Below, piece after piece: positions 61,216 through 64,000 of a DNA stretch of 64,000 bases. Each line of letters starts with the position of its first letter. Position 1 is the first letter of the stretch. Made by a program: the position numbers and the translations under genes. The notes beneath the pieces were generated by a model that ran no database searches, was not told the origin of the DNA, and saw only the letters and a program-made list of their open reading frames with translations. The DNA comes from Sarea resinae (Eukaryota): positions 1-64,000 of the forward strand of contig JAPEUD010000104.1 of assembly GCA_026026165.1 (NCBI GenBank). The letters are read 5' to 3'.

Positions 61216-62703
61216 TGCGGCATCAAGCTCAACAGCAACAAGTCGTCTATCTACCTCAACCGCTCGCCTCGAACGCGATCGCTGCATGCGAGTTGCTCTC
61301 TGAGCAGTCCCCGCAAGCGCGATTTCTTCTCCTCGAACATCAACCGTCAGCAACAGGAGCCATCTCGGCAGAAGCAGCAGCAACAAGAAAGCCGGCCAGG
61401 CCCGCGGCATGAAGCCGAGACGGGAGAAGCACAGTCCTCGCAGAGGTTGAAAAAGCCATCGCGCATCCCGGCCAGCAAGACGTCTCTACGAAGAGTCGCA
61501 GTCGAAGCGCAACGATCTCGTGATGGCATTTCGTCTCGGCGTGGAGTGGGAGTGGGCGGCGCAGAGTCTCGCACCAAGGTACGCCTTCCATGCGATCCTT
61601 TCAGACGAAAAGGGCCTAGCTAATTGGAAACCAAGAGGGTGACGGCCTATTGCGCCGCGGAACAATACAACATTCCCCGTGTGGTCTCGATCCTACAGGC
61701 CAAGGGCTACGAGTGCGATCCCTGTACCACAGGCTTATACCCGCAAGTGGTGCACATCGAGGTGCCATTGCACTCGAACGAGAACCAAGTCGGCACCGAC
61801 ATTGGCTGGACGGAGGGTGTCGGCGACGTCTTCATCTTCCCCTCCGGCACCGTCGTCGCCTGGTCCCTACCGGACGATGTGGCGCTCAGGCTGGTAACCC
61901 AGACCCTGCTCCCCGCAGCCGAGAACCCGCACCTCGACCTGCTCGAAACCGAAGATCTCGAGTATCTCGAGGATCCACAAAGAGAGAACAGTAAGATGGA
62001 CGGCGACACCATCATTCTGGGAACGAAACTCCAAACTGCCGCCTCACCTCCAATCGAGAGCGAGGATGCCAGTACCACCACCACCTTCGCGGCCCCTGCC
62101 AGCACCGATACCGCAAGCGGTCGCGTCGACACGGTGCTGGCCGAAATCGCCTTCTCCTCGGGCCTAGCGCGCAGCACCAAGCTCGCGGTGCTCGAAAGCC
62201 TGCTGAGCAACTACTTCTCGTCGACGCGGTCGATCCCGACAATGCTATCGCGGGGCTCGCGGCTGCCGTTCACGCGGTCCTTTATTCTCATGAAAACGGG
62301 CCAACTGCTCTCGGTGCGCGCGCAGCTGAATCTCTACTCGGAGCTCACGGACTCGCTACCAGACATCTTCTGGGACAGTCGGCACGAGCTGGGGCTCGAG
62401 GGGTATTACGACCAGGTGGGCCGCGCGCTTGACGTCGGCGTGCGCATCAAGGTGCTCAACGAGAAGATGGACTACGCCCAGGAGATTGCGAGCGTGCTGC
62501 GCGAGCGCCTGAGCGAGAAACACGGCCTCGTGCTCGAGTGGATGATCATCGCGCTCATCACCGTCGAGGTCGGCTTTGAGATCATGCGACTCTGGAAGGA
62601 GAGGAAGGAGAGGCTGGAGAAAGAGGCGCGGGCGACGTCGGGGGAGAGCAAAAAGAGCTTGGCTGGTGGTGATGGTGGGAAGTGCTGTTGCCATGAGCAT
62701 TAG
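61063..62703 (+). CDS. DUF155/RMD1-family mitochondrial protein (Mrx10/RMND1-like)
   Basis: S/R-rich presequence-like exon 1 and intron at 61579-61635. Motifs VTAYCAAEQY, DVFIFPSGTVVAW, AFSSGLARSTKLAVLE, LNLYSELTDSLPDIFW and LEWMIIALITVEV. The exact start ATG is uncertain. Confidence 0.9.
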
Positions 62704-64000
62704 TCTCGACCACGGTCATTGACGACTTCCTCTCCGGACCTCGTTCTGGCTCAGCCAAGATATGGTATCAAGTGTGGATCCATACAAACCGCCCTGCCAA
62801 CTCCAGCATAGAAATTGGTTTTACGCCTCCCCTGTTAGGGCGTACGAGATCTTCTATTTCCTGTACACTACAATCCTGTACATTACTCCTAGACATAGAT
62901 CCCTTCTCTCCTGGCGTAATGCGGCGTACGCCCAGGCGCACTGCTCACTCCTGTATAGCCGAGCCAAAAATACCATTCCACTCAGATCTTTTTCGACCCA
63001 CCGATCAGACATGATTGCAGCAGCCATATGACATGCCTGCAAACATGGACGGGCAGGCAGTCTGCACGCGCATTCACATCGATTGCGTTTGGACAATCGC
63101 TTCCAATAATTTGGATCTCAACTAGACGTTCAGCGGGAAAAAAAAGGGGCTCGGGAGTGAGTATTGAAGGGTAAACAGTATTGTCTCCACGAGGCCTAGA
63201 TCCTGTCCAACCCTGCTCGCAAGACGCATCCTCTCGATCAAAAAACAGGCTCCAAATAAATTCAGTCCTGACGAGTTCCCATCATCGCAAGTCTGTCAAA
63301 ATCTCGATCCAGAAAAGTGGCCAACCCCTCCAGCACGAACATAATGTCTACCTTCGATCAGGTCGGTTCCCTTATCGATAGACGAAAGAGGAATCGTCCG
63401 GTCGGGTCAGGTCAGGGGTCGGGTGTCACTTCGATCCACGACAGATCGGCCGTGGTTAATCCAACGTCCAAAACGGGTCTACGCGGTACGACGATGTGCC
63501 TGACGAGCTTGGAGTATGGCGGAGATCGACGATGAGGCTCGACAACGCCACGATGCAGTCACTCCGGAAGGTCTGATATCGCAGATCTGGCGTCGACATT
63601 TCTCGGATCAATGTATCGCGTTTTCCCTTTGGCTGCGCGATGCAACATCACATCACCACATCAGATCCAATCCCTAGATACAAAGTCACGCTCCACCACC
63701 CACTCAGCAACGATCGTCGTGATCACCGAGATGCACCGTCCTCAGCCGAGGAACAATCGCTCGCCGACCCCGCCATCACGTACATCAAATGTTCGTCATC
63801 ATCAGGCCCATGTCATGTCGGGGCTGATCAGCGTCAAGCACGAGATCTCAGCCCCAACCATGTATGCATTCGAGCCTTGGAGCCTCGTGTACTGTGAATG
63901 AAGCTTCAATCTTCCCTTTCCACCATAGAAAAGAATACTGCGCTGTCGTTTTGGTCTGCCCCTTTCCTGGAGACCTCATTTCTCTCGTACTTTCTCGCCG

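Noticed and set aside
62760..64000. Short ORFs at the right edge of the window
   Set aside because: No motifs or convincing splice structure; likely intergenic or promoter DNA of a gene beyond the window.

Overview
This is the left end of a filamentous ascomycete (Pezizomycotina-type) chromosome: short GT-AG introns with CTRAC branch sites and a (CCCTAA)n telomere at 1-127. Only about 7.3 kb of subtelomeric DNA precedes a block of ordinary genes: nitrilase, DHA2 MFS transporter, MTF1, AMSH-like deubiquitinase, APC1, NUP37, eIF2A, a PB1...UBA protein, apsB/MTO1, two GPI-type Ser/Thr-rich proteins, VPS41 and an MRX10/RMND1-like gene. The main interest lies in the subtelomere and is largely missed by the ORF track. 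(1) A spliced chromodomain gene is cut inside the chromodomain by the telomere, and its frame runs stop-free into TTA-GGG (Leu-Gly) repeats. (2) A RIP-riddled but reconstructable, highly divergent Spo11/Topo VI-A-like gene retains the winged-helix R-x-x-x-Y, the TOPRIM Glu and DxD, and KY(G)S...WIG motifs, and has a repeat-rich N-terminus. (3) An intact orphan gene lies between them. Together these may be a multicopy telomere-linked nuclease/chromatin-reader module. Elsewhere there is a candidate structured ncRNA of about 470 nt (50.2-50.7 kb) and a clean case of intron/exon gain by tandem duplication. All calls come from manual reading of motifs; no database searches were run.
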